Below are positions 15,001 through 26,446 of a stretch of DNA of 64,000 nt, one piece after another. Every line of letters starts with the position of its first letter. The first letter of the stretch is position 1. The translations under genes were made by a program, and so were the position numbers. The stretch is from positions 6,014,001 through 6,078,000 of the forward strand of contig CM068750.1 of the NCBI GenBank assembly GCA_035084275.1, in the 5' to 3' direction. The stretch comes from Hydrolagus colliei. Taxonomy: Eukaryota. The notes under the pieces were generated by a model. That model was not told the origin of the DNA. It saw only the letters and a list, made by a program, of their open reading frames with translations, and ran no database searches.

Positions 15001-18000
15001 CCCTTGATCTCTCCTTTAGCTTTCGGCAGTTTAACGTCAATGTCTGGCTTTTTCAAACTGAGATCAGCTTCAGGGCCTTTAAACTTTGGCATTGAAATCC
15101 CCAAATGTGGCATTTTTACTGTTGGCAACTTGAATTTGCCATCTGGGCCTTCAATGTTTACTTCCGCTGAACCTGCCTCCAAATCCATCGTTGGTATGTT
15201 GATTTCAGCCTCTGGAACCTTCATGGCCGCTGATACATCAGGAAGGGTTATGTCAATTTGAGGTTTACTGAGGCTTACGTCTGCATCAAATTCACCTTTC
15301 ACTTTGGGAAGACTTACGTCAAGATCCAATTTGGGAGCTTTTATATCGGGTGCAGAAATTCCAAATTTGGGCATCTTCATATGGGGCATTTTGAATTGTC
15401 CTTTTGCTCCTCCAATATCTACATCAGGAGCGTCTACATTGATGTCCAATGACGGTAATTGTACATCAATCTCAGGTCCCTTGATGTGTCCTTCAGCTGT
15501 GGGCAGTTTCACGTCAATGTCTGGCTTTTTCAGACTAAGATCCACCTCAGGACCTTTAAACTTTGGCATTGAAATCCCAAAATGTGGCATTTTTACTGTT
15601 GGCAATTTGAACTTGCCATCTGGGCCTTCAACATTCAGTTCAGTGTCAAGATCCACTGATGGTGCCTGGATATCAATCTCAGGTCCCTTCATCTGTCCTT
15701 TAGCTTTGCGCAGTTTAATGTCAATGTCTGGCTTGGTCATGCTGAGATCAACTTCAGGGCCTTTAAACTTTGGCATTGAAATCCCAAAATGTGGCTTCTT
15801 AACCTTTGGAATTTTAAATTTGCCATCGGGACCTTCAATGTTCAGTTCAACTGAACCAGTGTCAAGATCCACTGTTGGTGCATGGATATCAATCTCAGGT
15901 CCCTTGATCTCTCCTTTAGCTTTGGGCAGTTTAACGTCAATGTCTGGCTTTTTGAAACTGAGATCAGCTTCAGGGCCTTTAAACTTTGGCATTGAAATCC
16001 CAAAATGTGGCATTTTTACTGTTGGCAACTTGAATTTGCCATCTGGGCCTTCAATGTTTACTTCCGCTGAACCTGCCTCCAAATCCATCGTTGGTATGTT
16101 GATTTCAGCCTCTGGAACCTTCATGGCCGCTGATACATCAGGAAGGGTTATGTCAATTTGAGGTTTACTGAGGCTTACGTCTGCATCAAATTCACCTTTC
16201 ACTTTGGGAAGACTTACGTCAAGATCCAATTTGGGAGCTTTTATATCGGGTGCAGAAATTCCAAATTTGGGCATCTTCATATGGGGCATTTTGAATTGTC
16301 CTTTTGCTCCTCCAATATGTACATCAGGTGCCTCTACTTTGACGTCCAATGACGGTACTTGTACATCAATGTCAGGTTTTTTGATATGTCCTTCAGCTGT
16401 GGGCAGTTTCACGTCAATGTCTGGCTTTTTCAGACTAAGATCCACCTCAGGGCCTTTAAACTTTGGCATTGAAATCCCAAAATGTGGCATTTTTACTGTT
16501 GGCAATTTGAACTTGCCATCTGGGCCTTCAACATTCAGTTCAGTGTCAAGATCCACTGTTGGTGCCTGGATATCAATCTCAGGTCCCTTCATCTGTCCTT
16601 TAGCTTTGGGCAGTTTAATGTCAATGTCTGGCTTGGTCATGCTGAGATCAACTTCAGGGCCTTTAAACTTTGGCATTGAAATCCCAAAATGTGGCATTTT
16701 TACTGTTGGCAACTTGAATTTGCCATCTGGGCCTTCAATGTTTACTTCCGCTGAACCTGCCTCCAAATCCATCGTTGGTATGTTGATTTCAGCCTCTGGA
16801 ACCTTCATGGCCGCTGATACATCAGGAACGGTTATGTCAATTTGAGGTTTACTGAGGCTTACGTCTGCATCAAATTCACCTTTCACTTTGGGAAGACTTA
16901 CGTCAAGATCCAATTTGGGAGCTTTTATATCGGGTGCAGAAATTCCAAATTTGGGCATCTTCATATGGGGCATTTTGAATTTTCCTTTTGCTCCTCCAGT
17001 ATCTACATCAGGGGCCTCTACACTGACATCCAATGACGGTACTTGTACATCAATCTCAGGTCCCTTGATATCTGCTTTTGCTTTGGGAAGTGTAATGTCA
17101 ATGTCTGGCTTTTTCAAACTGAGATCAATTTCAGGGCCTTTAAATTTCGGCATAGAAATACCAAAATGTGGCTTCTTAACCTTTGGAATTTTAAATTTGC
17201 CATCGGGACCTTCAATGTTCAGTTCAACTGAACCAGTGTCAAGATCCACTGTTGGTGCATGGATATCAATCTCAGGTCCCTTGATCTCTCCTTTAGCTTT
17301 GGGCAGTTTAACGTCAATGTCTGGCTTTTTCAAACTGAGATCAGCTTCAGGGCCTTTAAACTTTGGCATTGAAATCCCAAAATGTGGCATTTTTACTGTT
17401 GGCAACTTGAATTTGCCATCTGGTCCTTCAATGTTTACTTCCGCTGAACCTGCCTCCAAATCCATCGTTGGTATGTTGATTTCAGCCTCTGGAACCTTCA
17501 TGGCCGCTGATACATCAGGAAGGGTTATGTCAATTTGAGGTTTACTGAGGCTTACGTCTGCATCAAATTCACCTTTCACTTTGGGAAGACTTACGTCAAG
17601 ATCCAATTTGGGAGCTTTTATATCGGGTGCAGAAATTCCAAATTTGGGCATCTTCATATGGGGCATTTTGAATTGTCCTTTTGCTCCTCCAATATCTACA
17701 TCAGGAGCGTCTACATTGACGTCCAATGACGGTACTTGTACATCAATCTCAGGACCCTTGATGTGTCCTTCAGCTGTGGGCAGTTTCACGTCAATGTCTG
17801 GCTTTTTCAGACTAAGATCCACCTCAGGGCCTTTAAACTTTGGCATTGAAATCCCAAAATGTGGCATTTTTACTGTTGGCAATTTGAACTTGCCATCTGG
17901 GCCTTCAACATTCAGTTCAGTGTCAAGATCCACTGTTGGTGCCTGGATATCAATCTCAGGTCCCTTCATCTGTCCTTTAGCTTTGGGCAGTTTAATGTCA

Positions 18001-21000
18001 ATGTCTGGCTTGGTCATGCTGAGATCAACTTCAGGGCCTTTAAACTTTGGCATTGAAATCCCAAAATGTGGCATTTTTACTGTTGGCAACTTGAATTTGC
18101 CATCTGGGCCTTCAATGTTTACTTCCGCTGAACCTGCCTCCAAATCCATCGTTGGTATGTTGATTTCAGCCTCTGGAACCTTCATGGCCGCTGATACATC
18201 AGGAACAGTTATGTCAATTTGAGGTTTACTGAGGCTTACGTCTGCATCAAATTCACCTTTCACTTTGGGAAGACTTACGTCAAGATCCAATTTGGGAGCT
18301 TTTATATCGGGTGCAGAAATTCCAAATTTGGGCATCTTCATATGGGGCATTTTGAATTTTCCTTTTGCTCCTCCAGTATCTACATCAGGGGCCTCTACAG
18401 TGACATCCAATGACGGTACTGGTACATCAATCTCAGGTCCCTTGATATCTGCTTTTGCTTTGGGAAGTGTAATGTCAATGTCTGGCTTTTTCAAACTGAG
18501 ATCAATTTCAGGGCCTTTAAATTTCGGCATAGAAATACCAAAATGTGGCTTCTTAACCTTTGGAATTTTAAATTTGCCATCGGGACCTTCAATGTTCAGT
18601 TCAACTGAACCAGTGTCAAGATCCACTGTTGGTGCATGGATATCAATCTCAGGTCCCTTGATCTCTCCTTTAGCTTTGGGCAGTTTAACGTCAATGTCTG
18701 GCTTTTTCAAACTGAGATCAGCTTCAGGGCCTTTAAACTTTGGCATTGAAATCCCCAAATGTGGCATTTTTACTGTTGGCAACTTGAATTTGCCATCTGG
18801 GCCTTCAATGTTTACTTCCGCTGAACCTGCCTCCAAATCCATCGTTGGTATGTTGATTTCAGCCTCTGGAACCTTCATGGCCGCTGATACATCAGGAAGG
18901 GTTATGTCAATTTGAGGTTTACTGAGGCTTACGTCTGCATCAAATTCACCTTTCACTTTGGGAAGACTTACGTCAAGATCCAATTTGGGAGCTTTTATAT
19001 CGGGTGCAGAAATTCCAAATTTGGGCATCTTCATATGGGGCATTTTGAATTGTCCTTTTGCTCCTCCAATATGTACATCAGGTGCCTCTACTTTGACGTC
19101 CAATGATGGTACTTGTACATCAATGTCAGGTTTTTTGATATGTCCTTCAGCTGTGGGCAGTTTAACGTCAATGTCTGGCTTTTTCAGACTAAGATCCACC
19201 TCAGGGCCTTTAAACTTTGGCATTGAAATCCCAAAATGTGGCATTTTTACTGTTGGCAATTTGAACTTGCCATCTGGGCCTTCAACATTCAGTTCAGTGT
19301 CAAGATCCACTGTTGGTGCCTGGATATCAATCTCAGGTCCCTTCATCTGTCCTTTAGCTTTGGGCAGTTTAATGTCAATGTCTGGCTTGGTCATGCTGAG
19401 ATCAACTTCAGGGCCTTTAAACTTTGGCATTGAAATCCCAAAATGTGGCATTTTTACTGTTGGCAACTTGAATTTGCCATCTGGGCATTCAATGTTTACT
19501 TCCGCTGAACCTGCCTCCAAATCCATCGATGGTATGTTGATTTCAGCCTCTGGAACCTTCATGGCCGCTGATACATCAGGAACGGTTATGTCAATTTGAG
19601 GTTTACTGAGGCTTACGTCTGCATCAAATTCACCTTTCACTTTGGGAAGACTTACGTCAAGATCCAATTTGGGAGCTTTTATATCGGGTGCAGAAATTCC
19701 AAATTTGGGCATCTTCATATGGGGCATTTTGAATTTTCCTTTTGCTCCTCCAGTATCTGCATCAGGGGCCTCTACACTGACATCCAATGACGGTACTTGT
19801 ACATCAATCTCAGGTCCCTTGATCTCTCCTTTAGCTTTGGGCAGTTTAACGTCAATGTCTGGCTTTTTCAAACTGAGATCAGCTTCAGGGCCTTTAAACT
19901 TTGGCATTGAAATCCCAAAATGTGGCATTTTTACTGTTGGCAACTTGAATTTGCCATCTGGGCCTTCAATGTTTACTTCCGCTGAACCTGCCTCCAAATC
20001 CATCGTTGGTATGTTGATTTCAGCCTCTGGAACCTTCATGGCCGCTGATACATCAGGAAGGGTTATGTCAATTTGAGGTTTACTGAGGCTTACGTCTGCA
20101 TCAAATTCACCTTTCACTTTGGGAAGACTTACGTCAAGATCCAATTTGGGAGCTTTTATATCGGGTGCAGAAATTCCAAATTTGGGCATCTTCATATGGG
20201 GCATTTTGAATTGTCCTTTTGCTCCTCCAATATGTACATCAGGTGCCTCTACTTTGACGTCCAATGATGGTACTTGTACATCAATGTCAGGTTTTTTGAT
20301 ATGTCCTTCAGCTGTGGGCAGTTTAACGTCAATGTCTGGCTTTTTCAGACTAAGATCCACCTCAGGGCCTTTAAACTTTGGCATTGAAATCCCCAAATGT
20401 GGCATTTTTACTGTTGGCAATTTGAACTTGCCATCTGGGCCTTCAACATTCAGTTCAGTGTCAAGATCCACTGTTGGTGCCTGGATATCAATCTCAGGTC
20501 CCTTCATCTGTCCTTTAGCTTTGGGCAGTTTAATGTCAATGTCTGGCTTGGTCATGCTGAGATCAACTTCAGGGCCTTTAAACTTTGGCATTGAAATCCC
20601 AAAATGTGGCATTTTTACTGTTGGCAACTTGAATTTGCCATCTGGGCCTTCAATGTTTATTTCAGCTGAACCTTCCTCCATATCCATCGTTGGTATGTTG
20701 ATATCACTTTCTGAAACCTTCATGCCCGCTGATAAATCAGGAAGGGTTACATCAATTTGGGGTTTACTGAAGCTTACATCTGCATCAAATTCACCTTTCA
20801 CTTTGGGAAGACTTACATCAAGGTCCAATTTGGGACCTTTTACATCAGGTGAAGAAAATCCAAATTTAGGCATCCTGATGTGGGGCATTTTGAATTTTCC
20901 TTTCGCTTCTCCCATGTCTACGTCAGGAGCCTCTACATTGACATCCAATGACGGTACTTGTACATCAATCTCAGGTCCCTTGATATCTGCTTTTGCTTTG

Positions 21001-22400
21001 GGAAGTGTAATTTCAACGTCTGGCTTTTTCAAACTGAGATCAACTTCAGGGCCTTTAAATTTCGGCATAGAAATACCAAAATGTGGCTTCTTAAACTTTG
21101 GAATTTTAAACTTTCCATCGAGACCTTCAATGTTCAGTTCAGCTGAACCAGTGTCAAGATCCATTGTTGGTGCGTGGATATCAATCTCGGGTCCCTTGAT
21201 GTGTCCTTCAGCTTTGGGCAGTTTAACATCAATGTCTGGCTTTTTCAGACTGGGATCCACCTCAGGGCCTTTAAACTTTGGCATTGAAATCCCAAATTGT
21301 GGCGTTTTTACTGTTGGCAATTTGAACTTGCCATCTGGACCTTCAATGTTTACTTGAGCTGAACCTGCCTCCACATCCATCGTTGGCATGCTGATATTAG
21401 CCTCTGGAACCGTCGCTGATTCATCAGGTAGGGTTACGTCAAATTGAGGTTTACTGAGGCTTACGTCTGCTTCAAATTCACCTTTCACTTTGGGCAAACT
21501 CACATCCATTTCAACTTTTGGCAAACTAACATCAATATCCAATTTGGGAGGTTTTACATCAGGTGAAGAAAATCCAAATTTAGGCATCCTCATGTGGGGC
21601 ATTTTGAATTTTCCTTTTGCTCCTCCCGTGTCTACGTCAGGAGCCTCTACATTGATATTCAATGACGGTACTTGTACATCAATCTCAGGTCCCTTGATAT
21701 CTGCTGTTGCTTTCGCAAGTGTAAGGTTAATATCTGGTTTTTTTCGACTGAGATCCACCTCAGGGCCTTTAAATTTTGCCATTGATATCCCAAACTGTGG
21801 CATTTTTACTGTTGGCAACCTGAATTTGCCATCTGGGCCTTCAATGTTTATTTCAGCTGAACCAGTCTCCACATCCATCATTGGTATGTTGATATCTACT
21901 TCTGGAACTTTGATATCCGCTGATACATCAGGCACTGTTACGTCAACTTTGGCTTTTTGAAGGTTTACTTCTGTATCAATTTCACCTTTCAGCTTTTTAC
22001 TTGCATCCACATCTGCTTTTGGCACTTCAGCCTCATGTTTCGATTTGGGAACTTTTATATCAGGTGCAGAAAATCCAATTTTGAGGCCTTTATTGTGGGA
22101 TAGTTTGTATTTTCCTTGTTTTCCACCTATCTTAGCATCTGAAAGCTGCATATCTATTTCCAATGAAGGTATGTCTGTATGTATCTCAGGTCCCTTGATG
22201 CCAAGTTTTGATTTGGTAATTGTAGCATCACTGTTTGCCTTTTTCGAACCTATATCCTCTTCAGTGTCTTTAAACTTTGGCATTGATAAGCCAAAATTTG
22301 GCATTTTTAACTTTGGCATTTTAAACTTTGCATCTAAACCTGCAATGTCTTTTGCAGAACCAATCCCCACTTCCATTGTTGGTGGATGAATTTCAGTCTC
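1..22400 (-). repeat. Coding tandem array: about 31 units of 684 bp (A) or 693 bp (B) between 111 and 21443, with degenerate units to about 22400
   Basis: Unit boundaries at 111, 795, 1488, 2181, 2865, 3558, 4242, 4926, 5619 ... 14565, 15258, 16158, 16842, 17535, 18219, 18912, 19596, 20073, 20757, 21444. Each unit has three KMPxFG-containing submodules of about 69/72, 72 and 87 aa. Confidence 0.97.
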
Positions 22401-23729
22401 TGGATCTTTGATATGCATTGATGCAGCAGGTAGAGTTACTTCAGCTTGGGATTTCGTGGGACTGAAGTGCTCATGTCTTATCTTGGGAAGCGTCTCTTTC
22501 ACTGTGTCTATTTTCAAGGAAACATCAGGATTTTGCATCTGAACAACCCCAATGCTGAATTGACCACCCACCGTGGATGTTTTTGTATCAACTTTGGAGG
22601 CATCATCTGATGGATAAGATATGTCAACGTTTTGAGCCATCACACCAAGTGTAGTCTTTTTAATTTTCTTCTCTTTCTTCAATTTGGTTTTCTTTTGTGC
22701 ATCTTCAATTTTCCCAAAGGCATCTTTGGATGGAGATACCTGGCTGTGTACGTGGGATCCTTTCATTTCTGTTTCAGTACTTTTCAGTGGAATGTTCATA
22801 TCTGGCTGTTTCATGATTATATCTGTTTGAAATGGTTGTAATGTGACATCAGTTGGCACATCGATGCTTTGGTGTTTCATTTGTTCCGTATAGCCAAGTG
22901 TTGAAGAGCCTGCTTTGTCTTTGTGTTGACTCTGTGTTGTTGCCTGCTCTATTGAAAAGTGCAGACTGTCCTTCAATTGTTCAGAAGCTTTAAGAGATAC
23001 ATTTTGTAATTTCTCACCCTCTGCCTTTGGTTGTGAAATTTCGATTGTTTTACTCTCATGGTATTGAAGTGGGAGTGAGTGTGATGTCGCTTCCTGTGGT
23101 AATGCAATGGCATCTTTGGGAGAAATTGTATCCGACATCAAAAATTTAGCAATTTTGAGCTTTGGTATTTTGTATTTTGCTTCTAAGTCCAGATTTGTTT
23201 CTTGTTTTTCATTTTTGGGCTTTTGCTCAGTCGGTTTGACTTCTGTCATTATTTTGTCATCTTTAGTGTTCTGTAATGTTAAATCTACAATTATTTTTGA
23301 ACTGCCTTGTTTTGCTGTTGAAAATTCATTGCTATCTGTGAAAACCATTTGTGTCTCTTCAAGGACCTCTGTCTTTGTACTTGGACCAAGATGTGGAAAT
23401 TTTATTTTTTTTCTTCGTTTCTTTACTTTCTGGGGTGATTCTGACAAATGTAAATGCGATTCTAAATCTGTGCTTGTTACAGTGATTACCTGCTGATCAC
23501 GATCTTCTGTTTCTGGTAAACTGCGAGATCTATCTAATTTGTCCATCTTTGTTTTTCTGCTATCTGGAAATGTAGAGCCAGAAAATGTTATATCTGATAC
23601 CTTAGCAGATTTTGTCGTGCCCTGATTACCCATTTCCTGACATGTTTTTCTGTGTATTTTCATTTCTTCAGAATCAACCAGTTTTGTTTTTTGCTTATAC
23701 AGGTCCGTAAAAATGTCTTCTTTTTCTCC
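1..23729 (-). CDS. AHNAK2: AHNAK2-like giant terminal coding exon (3' end beyond window), at least 7,909 codons; unique linker followed by AHNAK-type repeats
   Basis: Acceptor tttcttcatag|GGAGAA at 23729, phase 0. The minus frame reads GEKEDIFTDLYKQK...DRSRSLPETEDRDQQVITVTSTDLESHL (cf. recalled human AHNAK2 [28 protein letters not shown]), then repeats such as EGPDGKFKLPTVKMPHFGISMPKFKGPEVDLSLKKPDIDVKLP. All unit spacings are multiples of 3. The ORF track lists no closed minus ORF here, consistent with a frame running off the window without a stop. Confidence 0.93.
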
Positions 23730-23897
23730 CTATGAAGAAATACAGATTATTATTTCATCAGTTTATGTTTGAAAAGAAACTATCTTTTTAGGATGTGTCA
23801 AATGTTGCCAACAACTAATGTTACAGTAGTTTTTGTTCATATCTCGGAGTGCGTTTTCAGTGAACCATTCGTTTATTTTTCTGCATTGAATTATAAT

Positions 23898-24310
23898 CGT
23901 GTGTCAGCCTGGCTCAATTAATAGCACTCCCACAAAATGGACGAATTGAGGTTGAAGCCTAACAATGGAACTTTAAGTTTGTTTCCTAGGCTGACACTAA
24001 TAATAATAATAATCATCATCTCACATTTGTTGCATTGTTAAATGGAGTGCTGCATTGTCGGAGCCCACGTCCTTTGAATAAGATGATAAAACAAAGTTCT
24101 GCCTGCCTGTTCAGATAAACATTAAAGATCCTCCACTACTAATCGAGAAGAGAAAGGAGTTTCTCACTCAGATAAAAAAATTGGTCGCCCACTTCCAGAC
24201 TCTCTAAATTGACTAGTGCATTTGCCTATGAACAGTCAGTCAGTGCATTTTTCAAACAAGTCTGTGAAATGACTTAAGGTGTTTTGACAAGATAACCTGC
24301 TGTAACAAGT
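23898..24310 (+). mobile_element. Degenerate Deu-domain SINE (SacSINE1/AmnSINE1-like)
   Basis: gtgctgcattgtcggag...tttgaataagatgataaaac...tgcctgttcagataaacattaaagatcc...actaatcgagaagagaaaggagtttctc resembles the recalled Deu core; tRNA-like head gtcagcctggctca. Confidence 0.6.
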
Positions 24311-24607
24311 GCAAGAATGATTATTGTTACAAGGTATAATATTATGCCTAGTGGCTCAGACAATTGTGTAAAAAAATATTGTGGTAGAGCAATTCTGGGT
24401 TTGCCTCCCAGTGGGTACCTTCAGAGAGGTTTATAAAATGAGCACCATGTTTTCAAAATGTGGAGTAGATGGGAAGAGGTAAGCAGGGTCTGGAGCTTAC
24501 AAGATCATAAGAAAGATTCGGATGCAGAGATCCCTTTGATTTATTTGATCACATTTGTCCATTACCTTCTTCCTATTACAGCAATCAAGATGTTTCTTAA
24601 CTGAGCT

Positions 24608-24665
24608 CAACAACAAAATACAACAAAATTACACTTGTATAGCGCCTTTCACGCCAGGAGGACAT
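24608..24665 (-). mobile_element. L2 LINE 3' tail fragment about 30 bp from the PDZ exon donor
   Basis: Reverse complement reads tcctcctggcgtgaaaggcgctatacaagtgtaattttgttg, the same tail as the L2 at 57076-57709. Confidence 0.65.
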
Positions 24666-24694
24666 TAAATGTTTCTCCTAGAAAGTAAACCTAC

Positions 24695-24876
24695 CACAAT
24701 CGATTTAAAGTCTTTCACATCGACTTGCTCAGGTCCTATTGCAGCAGCTGCAGCACTCGGGATCTTTCGCTTCAGGCAGTATTGCATTTTGTATGGTTCG
24801 GAGTACTGCAAAATCTTGAGAGCGTCTTCAAATTTCATTTTATCAAAGTAAACTGTTGCACTGACAAGTTGATCAC
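24695..24876 (-). CDS. AHNAK2: AHNAK2 coding exon, C-terminal half of PDZ domain ([40 protein letters not shown]...)
   Basis: ttccttcag|GT acceptor, GTG|gtaggt donor, 182 nt (phase 1 to 0). Matches recalled human AHNAK2 [33 protein letters not shown]. Confidence 0.95.
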
Positions 24877-25455
24877 CTGAAGGAAAAATAAAATAATTTG
24901 GTTAAGTTTTAAATGTTTACGATAACCTTCTTTAATTGAGATGTCATCAAGTACAATAGGTATTTCATTTAATATAACAGTTTCAACTATAGCGAGGATG
25001 CATAAAAATAGCAAGGAGCGATTGTGGATTTGACTGTGAATGTGTCATGTGTTATGGTGGTTAGTTGGAGTTGAGATACAGATCAGTCATGATCTTATAG
25101 AATGGCAGAACAAGTACAAGGGGCTGATCGACGATTGATTGTCAATCACTTATTTCTGGTTCATCAACACTTTGAAACTAACTTGTTTCTCCTAACTTGG
25201 AAGGATTCAGTATAAATGTAAGAAGCTTGATGCTATGATGCTATGATGGGAGAGTGGATATTCTGGAGAAATGAGATCAGATGGGTTGAAGGGCCTTTTA
25301 AAATAATAATAATAATTATTATTATTATAGGTCAGTGCTTATACTGAATTATTCATTTAAGAACTGAACTATAGGGGGAGCTCTCAGTCTTCCAGTTTAA
25401 AACTTTTAAGACTTTTTCCAAGTAAGCCAGGGGGAGGGAATATTTAATGTCTTAC

Positions 25456-25609
25456 CTTCTTTCATGTTTAATAGCTTTGCGGCAGGAGATTCTTTTTGCA
25501 CATTCTTGATAAATATACCCTTATCTTCTCCACTCTTCACACTGAATCCACTTGCACCTACTTCAGCTTCTGTTTTCAAAATCACTTCTATGTCGGTTTC
25601 CATTTCTCT
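25456..25609 (-). CDS. AHNAK2: AHNAK2 coding exon, N-terminal half of PDZ domain (REMETDIEVILKTEAEVGASGFSVKSGEDKGIFIKNVQKESPAAKLLNMKE)
   Basis: ctccttgcag|AGA acceptor, AAG|gtaaga donor, 154 nt (phase 0 to 1). Matches recalled AHNAK2 [44 protein letters not shown]. Confidence 0.95.
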
Positions 25610-26046
25610 CTGCAAGGAGGGTAAAAAGATTGTAAATTGTGCTTGATGCATGTATTTTTATGCTTTTCCATTCAATGCATTTGTTTCCAATCTATGTAAA
25701 CGTTACAGAGCAATTAAAAGCAAGACGTTATTTAAACCCACCGCTTCATGACTCATGCTTGCAGGTAACTGTTTCTTTGTTACGTTTTCTAACTCTCTTT
25801 TAAATTTTTCTTTTTTGTGATAAGTAAATTACTGAAATCCCTCATGCAGATTCTCATCTGGCACCTACTGAACAGAATTATGTAACTAGTTACACTGGGA
25901 GAATCTTCAAATCATTCATCAAAGAGCATTCCATAAATTGCAGTGTATGATGTTAGGATGCGCAAATTAAATAGTCTAAATTATGCCATATTTATAATGC
26001 ACTTCATTTAATGCAATGTTTGATGTTACAAGTATGGTTACATCTG

Positions 26047-26446
26047 TTTTACTTCCAAAACTATCCCACTACAATAAGCTACAGTACAACTCCAGTTACA
26101 TTCCAATAAACATTTAAACATTGGGTGGTCTATATTTGGGAGGTTTGGTCACAAGCTAAACCCTCAAGTATTGTAAAGTTATGTATAAATAGGATTTTAT
26201 ATGATTAATACATAACAAATACAGTAAACAACTACAAGGTCCTTGTTACTGACTTAAATTTAGTTGTATCTGTATTATCTGACGCCGCAACTAAAATATG
26301 CCAATTTGTTAAACACTTAAGAGTTTAGCTTGCAATCAAACCTCCCCAAAATGGACCACACACGTTTAGAGGTTTATTGGAATTGGCTGCAATATAACAG
26401 TAGTTGTACTGTGCCTCACTGTATTCAGCTAGTTTTAGAAGTAAAA
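26047..26446. repeat. Imperfect long inverted repeat (fold-back or old MITE) with arms of about 125 bp
   Basis: The left arm ttttacttccaaaacta..acagtacaact..ttccaataaac..gtggtc..tttgggaggtttg..caagctaaac.ct.aagt pairs with the right arm at about 26315-26446. Confidence 0.8.

Noticed and set aside
1-21443. CRISPR-like or diversity-generating cassette array
   Set aside because: There is no repeat-spacer structure and no associated enzymes. The units are contiguous in-frame coding repeats in a spliced vertebrate gene.
23484-23492. Internal donor CAG|GTAATC near the start of the giant exon that might give a short isoform
   Set aside because: It is a single motif inside conserved coding sequence with no visible partner acceptor; it needs RNA evidence.
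111-23496. Dozens of repeated + strand ORFs (64, 213 and 216 aa, up to 412 aa) resembling a tandem multigene array
   Set aside because: They are antisense shadows of the AHNAK2 repeat frame. Most start at TTG/GTG, and they are broken by sporadic stops (3514, 10327, 13081, 14458) while the minus frame stays open.
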